Assembly: GCA_973895155.1 (NCBI GenBank)
Contig: OZ316891.1
Span: 23,435,899-23,499,898 of the forward strand
Length of the DNA stretch: 64,000 nt
Direction of reading: 5' to 3'
Source: Marsupella aquatica
Lineage: Eukaryota; Plantae; Marchantiophyta
Shown here: positions 38,093-49,384 of the stretch, piece after piece
Layout of the letters: each line of letters opens with the position of its first letter
Numbering within the stretch: position 1 is the stretch's first letter
The notes under the pieces: model-generated
Databases searched by the model: none
Told to the model about the DNA's origin: nothing
Seen by the model: the letters and a program-made list of their open reading frames with translations, nothing else
Translations under genes and position numbers: made by a program

Positions 38093-40453
38093 CTAGTGAG
38101 CCCAATCCTTCACAGGATACCAACTTCAATCGAGATCACCCTAAGTTGTTCTACCCCTCTATTACGGCTAGTGTTAAGAAACAATTGCGAGAATTAAAAA
38201 CCCTGGAGAATATTGAAGCCATAGCCAAGGATGTGAAATGAGCAAAAGCGTTGTTTGCTTCGGAGGATCCAATGGCTGTGGAAACCAGCGTGAAAAAACA
38301 GGCCGAAGCCAAGATGAAGACACCGCCAAAAGAGAAGCCGATAGTTCCCTATGCACTACTACATATTGGCCCCTTTTGCGAAGCTTTTTTTTGACGCCGG
38401 GATGGTCTTGCGATGTCATCGACTTCAGATATTTTGTGATCAAACACGCATCACAATAAACCATGCTCACAGGTTCGCAACATGGTGTTGCGAAGCTAAA
38501 TACCTCGCAATTTGTTTGAGATCGGATTGAATTCGCAACTCTTTCAGATACTATTCGTCTCGCAAAGTATTTGTGGATCCGCGACCATCGCGACTGCATT
38601 TGGATCTCTTTTGTTTCATAATTTAGCGATAATAATGTACTCAAATATATATTGTGAACCTATTAGCTTCGCAGAATATTGTGAAGCATAAATAGTCGCA
38701 AGTTACCGAATCCAGTTGATTCGCAAAGTTGAGAACACATTGGCATCACAATTACCGATGGTGTGTTATTCACAAAGTGTTCAGAAGTTGCTTCTTGACA
38801 AGCTTGAAAATGTTTTGCAAAGAGAGTTGTTTGAAAATTTTGTAGAATGGAAATGTTTGAGAGAGTTTCTTTACAAGATGGAGAATGCATGTGTTTAGGT
38901 TACAGCTAGGGTTTTCAAAAAGGTGGCATGCATGAGGATAGCTTTGGAAACAGCTAAGGTTGCATATATAACAGTGAGATGAAATTTCAAAGTCCAATTA
39001 AGTGTTTGTAAAACAAAAGAAGAAAAGTAATATGTTAATATAAATAAAACCATGATAGTTAGTTTAGGGTCAAATTTTGGGCCCACAACAAGTTTTACTA
39101 CTAGTGCATCAAACCTGGTCCTCATCCTCGCCTCCATTTGACACAATAATAACGTCAGGTTTTTCCGAGATAATGGAACGGGACCGTGGCACATACGGTA
39201 TAACAACTGACCACTCTAGGTCTGGTGGGTACGGAATATAGAAACACTGCTCAAGGTGACTTGGGAATGTAAATGGTTCAGATGTTTGCCAATGAGATGG
39301 TTGAAAGCTAGTTGCTGATGTCTTCAGTCGAGTAAACCCACACTCATCAAGAAGTACCATGCGATTATCACCAACCAGGTGAATTTTGAACCACTTACAC
39401 TTGAAGACATACTCTTCAAATTTGGAATCGGCATCATAGGATATGATCAAGATCTCCTCAATCTTCCCATAGTGAGGCACCACATCTCTGATCACATTAG
39501 TGTCATGACGGCTACTTTGTGAATCTTGCATGAACTGCCCTTGAACTCCACAATCAAAAGTTCTTCCCCTCTTCTCATCAAGGTTAGAAATCCTGAAATG
39601 CCTCCCTTGTGTCCACATTGTTGTTATGGTTTGAACAAGTCTTAAAGGACCATGAACAATTGTTCGAACCTCAGGAGTCATATCTGGAAAATGTGATACA
39701 TTCTCACCTTGGGCCACCATAGCATCCAACTGAAGTACTTTCTCCTTCATATACTCAAGGAACTTTGGAAAGATCCTTGGGCGACGACTCTCCCTCTTTG
39801 CATCCTCATAAAACTCTCTCCAATCTTCCATCACATTGCTGTTACTCAACATGAAAGTACTAACCTGTGTCAACTCCACTGCGGTTAGTAAGCGTGTTTT
39901 TTTTGCACCTGTTAAACGGTCCTCCTCCACTTCCCTCTCTTCCATCCAAGTGCGTGGAAAACTAGGATCAATGGTAGCTAAGATGTTACTACAATAAAAC
40001 ATACTCTCAGCTGCCAAGTATCCAGTTGCCATGCTCCCCTCCACTCGTGCACGGTTCCATACATAAGCCTTTAACACGGCCATATACCTTTCCAGCCAAT
40101 ACATCCACCTACAATGCACCGGACCGGCAATGGCAACCTCCCTCACAAGATGAACGAGAAGATGCACCTGACAATCAAAGAAGGAAGGAGGGAGGGCCTT
40201 CTCCAACTTGCATACCACCTCTGCTGCCAATACCTCCATCCGTGGTATCTCTTCTTCATATATTTCCTTTGAGCATATCCATCTCAACAAAGTGCCCTGT
40301 CACGTCGTAGGCTTCGGCCTTAACTCAGACTTCAGCTTAGACGGGCACATCCCTCGTAAATCTGAGGGTTCGGGCAGGAAGGGAAGCACGTAATGCACCT
40401 TATTTTCGTAAACTAGCGCTAAGTGCGCATACTGCTAAATACGAACACCTCCT

Positions 40454-40531
40454 AGGTATGGTTTGTGTTCCGCCGCCGGAACGTACCTTAGTCGATAGCA
40501 GGATCGACCCCGGCTTAAGGGCTTCTAAGCC
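40454..40531 (-). other. Conserved multi-hairpin RNA motif in LTR unit C
   Basis: Minus strand: GGCTT/AAGCC, GTCGAT/ATCGAC, and AGGTA..TTCCG-GCGG-CGGAA..TACCT. Confidence 0.65.
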
Positions 40532-41194
40532 TTCGTGCTGTCCGCCTTCGATCCGGATTCGATGATACAGGTCCTCAACCCGTGCTCGCAACCACTTACC
40601 CGCAGGCTGCACCCTGTGCACGTCTCGGGTAGTGCGTTCTGCCTGGCGCTGCCACCCATATACGAGAAACCCACACACATATGCGCACACATGCATACAA
40701 TCTCGATTTACACGAAGGAAAATGATGGGAAAGGATTTTACTTCAAAGGGAACATATGCGTACACTTAGTTGACACGACAGCCCTGGAATGCACAGGTTC
40801 AAGGCCGAGGGTGCACACTACAACGGAGCCCGGCTCCGCACTCGCCCGACGAGCTTAGTCCTACCCCCTCCCCTTGGTACTCTGTCATTCCCAAAGGTCG
40901 GGACTCCCCGCATGTCCCGCGGATGTCCGACTCTGAAACTAAAAACCCCCCCTGCCTCTACCGAGGGGTGCACTAAATACTAAGAGCCGAGGAACGGGGT
41001 GTCCTCCCGCCGAAGATTCGTTGACTAAGGTCCTAACTAAGCTGACAGTCAGGCCGGAAAACGGTTGTGTCTTATTAGAAGATCCTAATCTACGCAGGCT
41101 GGACAGCAGGGCAGCGCTGCTGTACCTAAGGCAGGTGCCTGTCCCAAGAGCCTGACTAAGCCAATCCTAATCCTAATCTATTCCTACTCCGCCG

Positions 41195-43819
41195 CTAATG
41201 CCTGGCACGCTTGCCAGAGCCGCCCGAATGGGAACGGCCATCCCGCTGCCTTGGAAGCCTGTCATTGTCCGCCTTGAGGAGCTGGACCTGGTCCAGCAGA
41301 GATTTGTTCTCTCGCCTCGCCGCGTCCGTCTCCTCTGCTGCCTCCTGACATGCCTCCTCCAGCTGCTGGGCGTCGCTCGTCAGTTTACTCGCCAGCTGGT
41401 CCTGCTTCTCGGCCTCGGTTTGGAGCCGCGCCATCTCGGCCTGCAGCGTGGCTATCTCCGTCGCGTCCCGCTGGGCTCGCTCCTCGGCCTCCTCCAGGTC
41501 TTTCTGCCAGGTGACAGCTTGTTTCTTCAAACTGTCAATCTGGTTCTGGAGTCGTGTAATCTCGGCCTCGTTCCCGGCTTTGGCCTGTTCGGCTAGGGCG
41601 GGAAGAGCGTACACCTTTGCTAACAACTCATCGGCGGCTGCAACCTTGGGTCGTAGTTGCAGAAGCTCAGCCTCTTGAGCCGCCACTTCGTTCTTTAGGT
41701 ACACGGACTCCACCCGATACCGCTCTATCCTCTGAAGGGCCTCCGACTGGGCCCGACCTGCCTTTACGGCGGCAACCAACTCCTGATTGAAGAAACAGGC
41801 TACCTTCCGGGCCATGAACTCCCCGGTATCCCGGGCAATTTGATGAGAGAAATCTCCCAGAAGCCCGTTCAGAAACGTACCCTGTACGAAGAGTTCCGAG
41901 TGGTCCAAGTTGTGCCTGTCCGGATTTGGGCACGGGCAGACATCAACACGCGCAGGGGCCGGGGCAGTGACGTCCAGCCCTGGGGACATAACGTTGGAAG
42001 GGAATGGAGTGTCCTCCTGCAGCGATGTCCGGTTCTCCGGAATTGCCACCGGCGGGTCCTTGGGAGACCCGGGTTCGGGTAAGACCTCTGCCGTACCAAC
42101 TTCTGTACTTAGCCCGGCTAGTTGGGTCGCATCAACGGTTGCGACAACCGACCCCTCCGGCGCCTCCTCGGTTACGATTACAGCTATTTGTGGAGGTGGG
42201 GTGGGTGAAGCTGGCGTGTCCACTGGACTCCGGGCCTCGGGTTGGGGCCGTCTCTTCAATGCCGGAAAAACCCACCTAGCTGGGACCAGCTTTGTAACGT
42301 TGATGCGGGGAAGGGTTCGTCGATCAAACCGGGCATACCACTCAAGAATGATTTCGATGTGGCTAGCAAAATACGCCTTCCCGCCAATGTACAGCGTCTT
42401 CCTTCGCCGCTCCATCTCTTCATGGAATTTCTTAGCGAAGTACGACGCCCATTTCCTAGGTCGATAGTTCTCGACCTGGATAACCTGGGCGGCGGAGATC
42501 TCCCCCCGGGGTTCCATCATGTGGAGAGCGTACCTCTGGAACTCCAGCCGCTCAGCTATCTCGGGCATGAGGCAGGTCCTCATCACGAACCCGTTGTCTA
42601 CTGATCCCTCTGAGGGAAAACTTGAAGATTGGTACTTGGCCCCCTTGCCCCCGGGAGCCCGTGATTCGACTCGATGGTCACCTTCGGGTAACCCGAAGAT
42701 CATCTTGAGCCGTTCTTCTGTGAGGGACATATTCCTTCCCCGCAGCCGAGTCTGTTGACGTACGTCGTCATAATTCTTGACGAATTCTGTCATGTCCTCC
42801 CCGTAGTACCTGCAAGTGTTCCAGGGGAGAGAGGCGAGGTGCTCAAATCCCTGAGTCTTCAGGTACACCGCATGCTTGGGATGGAGGATGTTGCTGTGAA
42901 CGTTTTCCCCCATGCGATGCATCGTCACCTTGGCTACGGCTACCGTGGCCAACGGTAACCCGGATGCAGTGGCGGATTCCTTCCTCTTCTTTCCCCATGA
43001 CTGACTCGGGGAAGGTGATACTTCCACATCCTCCCGATCGGGCCTGGGGAGTGCCACTGCGGTTGGTAACGGGCCCGGGGCGGCCACGGTCACCATGTTG
43101 TCTGCTCGGGCCGCTCCTGGGGTCAGAGCAGGGGGTGGGGATGATATAGTATCGGCCCCCCGAGCGCTTGTTCCTCTGGGCCGCCTGGTCAAGGGTGGGG
43201 TAGCCTCGTCGTCATCGCTAAGATCCACAGCGTTGATGACGGAGCGTACCTGTGCTGGCTGGGTGATAGGTGGTGGGGTTTGGCTAGGCTGCGGCTGAGG
43301 CTGAGGCTGGGGTTGCATGGGCACGGGTACGGGTACGGCTGAGTTGGTCATGTTGGTTGATGGCCGAGTTCCCATGAAGCTCTGCAGGTGCTGGTAGAAG
43401 TTCTCCGAAGCGAGTGCGGGCGCCCTTGTTGAACGGTTGGTACTGGACTCGCCGTTAATGACAGCCCGAACCTGGGCAGGGATGTGGTCGAAGTGATGTC
43501 GCTGCAGGTCGATTGTACCCGGGATATTGAAGACCTCGTCCGGAAGCTGAAGCAATGCTTCCCAGAACCCGATATATTTGTCTCCGTTGAAGAAGTACCC
43601 AGATACCTCAGCTGGTCGGTAAAGCTCGCTCTGAGACGGGTAGTCAAAGTTAAGGACGTAGTGGTGTCGTCCTGCTAGGCGGATGGCTCTCTCGTATTCG
43701 CGTTCGATCTCGTATCGGCGCGGGTTGGCGTGTTTCAATGAATCGGCCAAGTGCCTTCCGGTAGATAGGAACTGCGTCCAGAATCGAATGGCCGAGCTGG
43801 AGAGGATCGTGTGCGACAT
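41195..43819 (-). CDS. LTR-embedded accessory protein: N-terminal domain, Pro/Gln linker, plant-transposon-type domain (Transposase_32-like), coiled coil
   Basis: Intact 874-aa ORF with TATAAAA ~100 bp upstream (43921-43927). Homolog at 8201-10516. Confidence 0.85.
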   Translation of the reverse strand: MSHTILSSSAIRFWTQFLSTGRHLADSLKHANPRRYEIEREYERAIRLAGRHHYVLNFDYPSQSELYRPAEVSGYFFNGDKYIGFWEALLQLPDEVFNIPGTIDLQRHHFDHIPAQVRAVINGESSTNRSTRAPALASENFYQHLQSFMGTRPSTNMTNSAVPVPVPMQPQPQPQPQPSQTPPPITQPAQVRSVINAVDLSDDDEATPPLTRRPRGTSARGADTISSPPPALTPGAARADNMVTVAAPGPLPTAVALPRPDREDVEVSPSPSQSWGKKRKESATASGLPLATVAVAKVTMHRMGENVHSNILHPKHAVYLKTQGFEHLASLPWNTCRYYGEDMTEFVKNYDDVRQQTRLRGRNMSLTEERLKMIFGLPEGDHRVESRAPGGKGAKYQSSSFPSEGSVDNGFVMRTCLMPEIAERLEFQRYALHMMEPRGEISAAQVIQVENYRPRKWASYFAKKFHEEMERRRKTLYIGGKAYFASHIEIILEWYARFDRRTLPRINVTKLVPARWVFPALKRRPQPEARSPVDTPASPTPPPQIAVIVTEEAPEGSVVATVDATQLAGLSTEVGTAEVLPEPGSPKDPPVAIPENRTSLQEDTPFPSNVMSPGLDVTAPAPARVDVCPCPNPDRHNLDHSELFVQGTFLNGLLGDFSHQIARDTGEFMARKVACFFNQELVAAVKAGRAQSEALQRIERYRVESVYLKNEVAAQEAELLQLRPKVAAADELLAKVYALPALAEQAKAGNEAEITRLQNQIDSLKKQAVTWQKDLEEAEERAQRDATEIATLQAEMARLQTEAEKQDQLASKLTSDAQQLEEACQEAAEETDAARRENKSLLDQVQLLKADNDRLPRQRDGRSHSGGSGKRARH

Positions 43820-43920
43820 TCAGAGGAGATAGTAGTGGCGACCTAGAGAGAACGAGAGAGCTGGGGTCGAAGCTGGCGCGCGGACTGATGGACTGGTGCA
43901 CTACAAAGGGTTGGCTCCCC

Positions 43921-43927
43921 TTTTATA
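43921..43927 (-). promoter_or_regulatory. TATA box of LTR unit C
   Basis: Minus strand GTATAAAAGGGGAGCC; similar CCATAAGAGAGGAGCC at ~7963 in unit A. Confidence 0.55.
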
Positions 43928-46526
43928 CTTTGAGGGCTTGTCGATCCCCGACGTCTCCTCGACGTCCATAGGTTGAACCGCTCACGCTTGTGGTGTACCG
44001 GCCACTCCGCCGGTCTGAGTCAACGTGCGTCAGTGGCCGCTTCCTTAAGTTTGTTATACGGACCCGAGGGAGGGGCCCCTCCACGCTCGTAACCCGGGTG
44101 TGCGAATAGCGACCCGCCGCCAGCCCGAACCTGAAGTCCCCCTTATTGCCTAATGATGTCCTACCCCTAATGATTACCTAAATACTGTCGTTATGCTAAT
44201 AATAGCGGCCTAAGACCCACCTAACGCGCGTGCCGAGCGCAGTTAGACTGAATCACTCATTAACCGCCGTACCGGCGGCGTCACATGCCCAGTGACCAAA
44301 GGGCGTCTTGCACTTCTTCACTCCCCAAACCTATGATTGCCACAGGAAGTATATGTTGTAGTAAACGATGATAGTCATGTGTCTTGAGATACATTGGCCA
44401 TTTATGACTGTCCTCCATCCCAAAAGCCTTACGTAGATTGGCACCATAGCCTGTAGGAAACCGCATCTGCCCTATGCGTTGTCGAAACTCTCTTCTTTCA
44501 CCAACACTCAAAACCCATGGAGCTGAAGGATGATGTTCCATCCCTGTGGATTCATCAACTGTTATCCATACATCTGGATGTCGTTCTAGATCCTGGCATG
44601 CCTCCCTAAAATTAATGTTCTTTTCCCCATAAAAGTGCTTGATCAAAGCCTTCCCAACATTTTCCTCTATATGCATGGGGTCTAACAAGTGATGAATCTT
44701 CAACTCAGGCCAATAGGGCAAAGTGGCCAATATACCCCACCTTGTCAATCCACTACCATCAAATCCCATGGCATCTTCAGGGTCTGCCACCCTATCAGCT
44801 ATGGACTTCCAATACGAAAATGTTGTGCGGTCAAGTATCTCACGCTCATCACCATTGATCATGTCAAAGTCTGAAAACAAAAGGGGGTCAGACCTCATGT
44901 GATGCCCAAGTGGAAGAAACTTGGTATGACCAAGGTAGATTATCTTGTGCAGCCATTTTGAGTACTTGGCCATATCGTGAAGGCTTGGACCACAAGTGGA
45001 GCATGCCTTGTACCCTTGAGTTTGGAACCCAGAAACAAACCCAAACCCTGCTCACAAAATAACATTCTCAATTAGAGTCAAAGGAATTGAAAAGTTCATG
45101 TACATAGAATTAAAGAGGGACTTCCTTCCAAACAAACTTGATCTCCAATACATGAAAAAAATACAAATCCATACCACTCACCTGGATAGTCATGCATGGT
45201 CCACATAATGATTCCCTTCAATTGGAAGACACGTGGTAACCCTCCTGTAGTTGTCCGACCATCATATGCCCATACACCCCCCCATAATTTATGGAGTTCC
45301 CCAACCAAGAGCGCCAAGTAGGTGTCCATGTTTTTTACCTTAGATGGACCTGGGATAATCAATGATAGCAATAAGAATCCCTTTTTCATGGACAACCATG
45401 GGGGAAGGTTGTAATTCATAACAACCACCGGCCAAACCGAAGTAGGGCGCCCTTTCCCTCCAAGGGAGTGTGGGCTTACCCCATCTAATGCCAACCCCAA
45501 CCTCACATGACGAGGGTCACGTGCAAATTCTGGCCATTGTGACTCCACATGCTTGTGAGCAGGGGAATCAACTGGCAACCGCATGACACCGGCCTCTGAT
45601 CGATGTGTCTTATGCCATACCATCAATTCTGCCAAGTCAGAAAATCGGTACATGTGCAACAATCGAGGAATAATAGGAAACCAACGAACAGCTTTTCTAG
45701 GCACCTTTGAGGTCAACATGTTGGTTTCATATCGAGGCTCTTGACAAATTGGACACTCAGTTGCGCTGGCATTGGTCTCATGATAGAGAATGCAGTCATT
45801 CACACAAGCATGAATGATATGGTATTCCATGCCAATGGATGATAGAACCCTCTTTGCCTCCTTCCAAGTTCCTGGCAACACATTTTCACTAGGTAACAAG
45901 AGATCATGGCAAATCGCAAACAAATCCGATAGTAGCGCATTGCTTGCCTTGTGTTTTGCCTGAAGATTCATCAATGCCAAGATGGCAGATAGTCTATTCA
46001 AATGAGCACCCCCATAAATAGGTGTTCTAGCATGTGCCTCAGCTTCTTCCCATTGTTTTTGTCCTTCAGGTGTACGTTGAGGCCTTGGATCATGTGCAAC
46101 ATTTGGTGGAGGGTCTCCTTCATTGGGTGGGACACCTCCTTCACCACCAATGTCTACACCAAACCAATCTGTCATGAAGTCATCCATGGCTGACTCTTGG
46201 TCTTGCATGACCTCATAATCTGTCCGAGGTGCCCCTTCATCTGGACTGTCATTATCATTGTCACTTGATGAGGAATCTGCTGATGATGTTTCCCCGTCTT
46301 GTGGCAAGCCCATTTCTTGATATGTAGCTCTCAACGTCCTTGGCAACATATCTTGACTAGGCCGCACATTCTATAGAAAATACAATAAAGTATTCACAAT
46401 GAAATTAACGCCAAATATAGTAGTGCTCGAAACATATTATTAACAATATAAAAAGAACATGTCATTACAAAACATACGTTCACATACGATGAACGTATAA
46501 TACATGTCCCTAAAGTAATCCTAATC

Positions 46527-47335
46527 TCATTCATAATGTGTAAACAACTCCTCTCCAACCAGAATGGTCCTATTAGCTACAACTAGACAATGGTCATGAT
46601 GATATCTCTGCCCATAAGGGGTTGGAGGGGGACCATCAACAAAAACCCATTCACAGTTTTTCCTACGCTTAGGCCGGGTCCCCACAGTACTGTTGATGAA
46701 ACCGGCAATATTCCCACTACGGATGGGATCACCATCAATTATACGCTGGTCACAATACTTTCTGGTGCAACCATCAAAAGTATCCATGTCCAATGCATAA
46801 GTCTTCCACTCATGGTGTTGAACAAGGATCATGTTCCAATGTCTCCTCTTGTAAATGGGTCCACCATACGGGAACAACGTTGGTCCATCTGAAGAGCGCC
46901 CTTTTCCACCCATATCATCCACAATAATGTCCTGACAAGAGAAAATCCCATACCCATGCCTCTCCCCTAGGGTCGAACTCTTGACAACCCAACGTCTTCC
47001 CCAAACTTCTATCTCCTCACCATAGGTTATATCACATGGCAAACCAAGGCACTCCGGATTCCAATCCTTTATGATAGGAACACACTTCCCTGTGAAGGTA
47101 CAAGGGCCCCATCTACCATCAACCCTACAAGTGTACTGATCCACTTCCCCTCTAGGCTGTCTTTTTGACTTTTTTTCCCTCTTGTAACAATACCATCACC
47201 CTTAATTGTCCCAACACTACCTTGCCCTGCTGCCACTAAACGAAAAGCTTGTGAAAGTGCCGAGCCTATAGCATCTAGAACTCCTTGTGAGGGAACATAG
47301 GGTGTTGGTGTAGTGGGTGTAGGCCTACTGGATAC
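46527..47335 (-). pseudogene. SET-domain (lysine methyltransferase-like) exon inside the CACTA transposase gene; apparent 1-nt frameshift in an A7 run near 47173
   Basis: VKSSTLG..GYGIF..QDI, PYGG, IDG.P..GNIAGFINS, and LVVANRTILVGEELFTHY. Phase-0 acceptor TTCCTATAG at 47336. Confidence 0.8.
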
Positions 47336-48114
47336 CTATAGGAAGAAATGGAACCAAGTGAGTGTGATGAACCTCCCAAATTTTATTTTATGCTACCTAG
47401 CAAGATTTACAAAATAAAATGGAAATCACAGTAAGTTTACAACTCACCATACGGGATGAAGAAGCTCCCGGTGTAAGACCTCGATGTTGGCCATATCGAG
47501 CAATGTGCTCCGCACATACATATGACTTTTGGACAACCATCCCCACACATTTTTTACAACCACAAAGTTGGCGTGGTGGACCACTAGGTCGACGTACGGT
47601 TGGTTCAGGTTGAGGAGGAGGATGACTTTCTTCATCGGAAGAGGAATCTGATGTGGTGGAAGTTGTAGAGGATGAAGACATCTGACAAGTATAGCAATTG
47701 GAAGGCGATTAGTAAAAACTTCACCAAAACCATCATTGATAATCCCTACCTAAACATATTAAAAAGAATTGACAGAAAAATACCTTTATGAGACCCGGGC
47801 TTAGCAATGCCTTGACGGATCTTGTGGCTCAAATTTCATGAACCAAATCTGGAAGGAGGGGAAAATCTGCCAATATACAATGAATTAAGCCATGCCTTAT
47901 GGTGAACCAGAAAAAAAGGATGATAGATTGTAACCCCTCCATATTTACAGCAATGACTAGAAATGCATGAGAAAATGTTATACCTTTCAGATGCCCGGGC
48001 TCTCGCAAGGCATTATCATGCATTAGCCAAAACTTTAAAAAACATGGGGAAGTGCCCTACAACGCCAAAGAGTTTTCCTCTCCATGTTAATGAGATAGAC
48101 AAAGAAATATAAGT

Positions 48115-48900
48115 AACCCAAACCCTACCCTAAACCCAAACCATGAAATGAAACCCTTCATTAAAACCTAACCCAAATCCCTCAATCACCCTAAACCCTT
48201 ACCCTTATCCTAACCAATACCCAAATCCCTCATTAAAAATTCAAACCTTTACCCTAAACCCAAACCATGAAATGAAACCCTTCATTAAAACCTAACCCAA
48301 ATCCCTCAAGCACCCTAAACCCTTACCCTTATCCTAACCAATACCCAAATCCCTCATTAAAATTTCAAACCTTTACCCTAAACCCAACCCAAATCCCCCA
48401 ATTACATATAAAACTCTTACCCTATCTACACCTTACTTTACCTATATAGGCCAACCCCCACCCCTATAGTTATTCTAAACTTCACCCTAACCCCTAAATT
48501 GAGGCCCTTTTTTAAAACTTAAGCAAAAATTGTACCCCCTCAATTAGAACCAAATCCAACCCTATATCATGTTACACCCCAACCCAAACACTTACATTAG
48601 AAACCCAACCCCTTTAAAAAAACCACAATTAAACCCCCCAACTAAAAACCAAACCCAATCCCTTTAAAAAACAACCACAATTCAACCCCTCAACTAAAAC
48701 CAAACCCAACCCCTGTAATTCCTCACAACCTAATGCAAACCTCTACCTTAAACCCTAAGCCAAACCCATTAATTTAAACCCAACCCTTTTATTCCAACCT
48801 AACCCAAGTTTTAACCCCCTTAATTAAACCAAATACTCCTAGATTAAAACCAAATATAAACCTAACCTTTAATTAAACCCAAACCTTTGTTAACTTATAT
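48115..48900. repeat. C/A-rich low-complexity region with AAACCC(TA) motifs and a ~125-bp direct repeat
   Basis: 48128-48250 resembles 48251-48385; lies between the divergent CACTA genes. Confidence 0.8.
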
Positions 48901-49384
48901 TCTAGTTATCCTTACAACCCAAACATCCATTGACACCCCTTCCATGTTAACTTATGGGCACTTAACATACCTTAAATGTCGTTTGACAAACCTTAATAGC
49001 CGTTTGACACCCCAAAGTGTTTTCCAACCCTAAACCGATAAGACCTGCCTCGCAAATTATTTCACAAGTTAGAGAATATTTTTGCGAACCTACGACCTTC
49101 GCACTTGCTTCGCAAAAACAGAGGCCGAGAACGATTTTTTGGGTCTTCTGCGGGTTGCGATGGCTTTGCGAAGGGAATAGATTCGGAAGTGCCTCGCAAG
49201 TTGCGAGACTATTTGCGAGGGCACGGGCTTCGCAGTTTCCCATGTGTATGTCATCGCAAACCCGTTTTTGAACGGCGTAAACATCGGTGGGAGCTCGCAT
49301 TCGGGCTCATTTCAGTTTTTGAGCGAGACGAGAAGGGCCGGGCCGCGCGCAACAGTACGAGGGAGACTGTGAGAGAGGGGAGCT

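Larger units (their letters stand above)
35371..38353 (+). pseudogene. Gypsy gag (three CCHC-type knuckles), interrupted by three MITEs
   Basis: ORF 36613-37821 and upstream fragments match the gag at 30600-33030. Confidence 0.88.
40298..44285 (-). mobile_element. Giant solo-LTR-like unit C (3988 bp) with an intact 874-aa gene
   Basis: TSD TGCCC at 40293-40297 and 44286-44290. Ends TGTCACG...CGTCACA. Removal restores DALWSLGTLLRWICSKE. No gag/pol and no terminal direct repeats. Confidence 0.93.
39109..47681 (-). pseudogene. CACTA TnpD/Tnp2-like transposase (exons 47681-47448, 46370-45182, 45047-44286 + 40292-39109), split by LTR unit C
   Basis: CGCKKC...EHIARYG; IHACVNDCILY, RLGLALDGVSP, YNLPPWL, WTMHDYPG, LDPMHIEENV, LKTHDYH, LVHLVREV..GPVHCRWMY and FKCKWF. 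Confidence 0.93.

Noticed and set aside
41198-43901. Numerous short antisense or overlapping ORFs here and over other long ORFs
   Set aside because: Shadows of GC-rich coding strands with no recognisable motifs.
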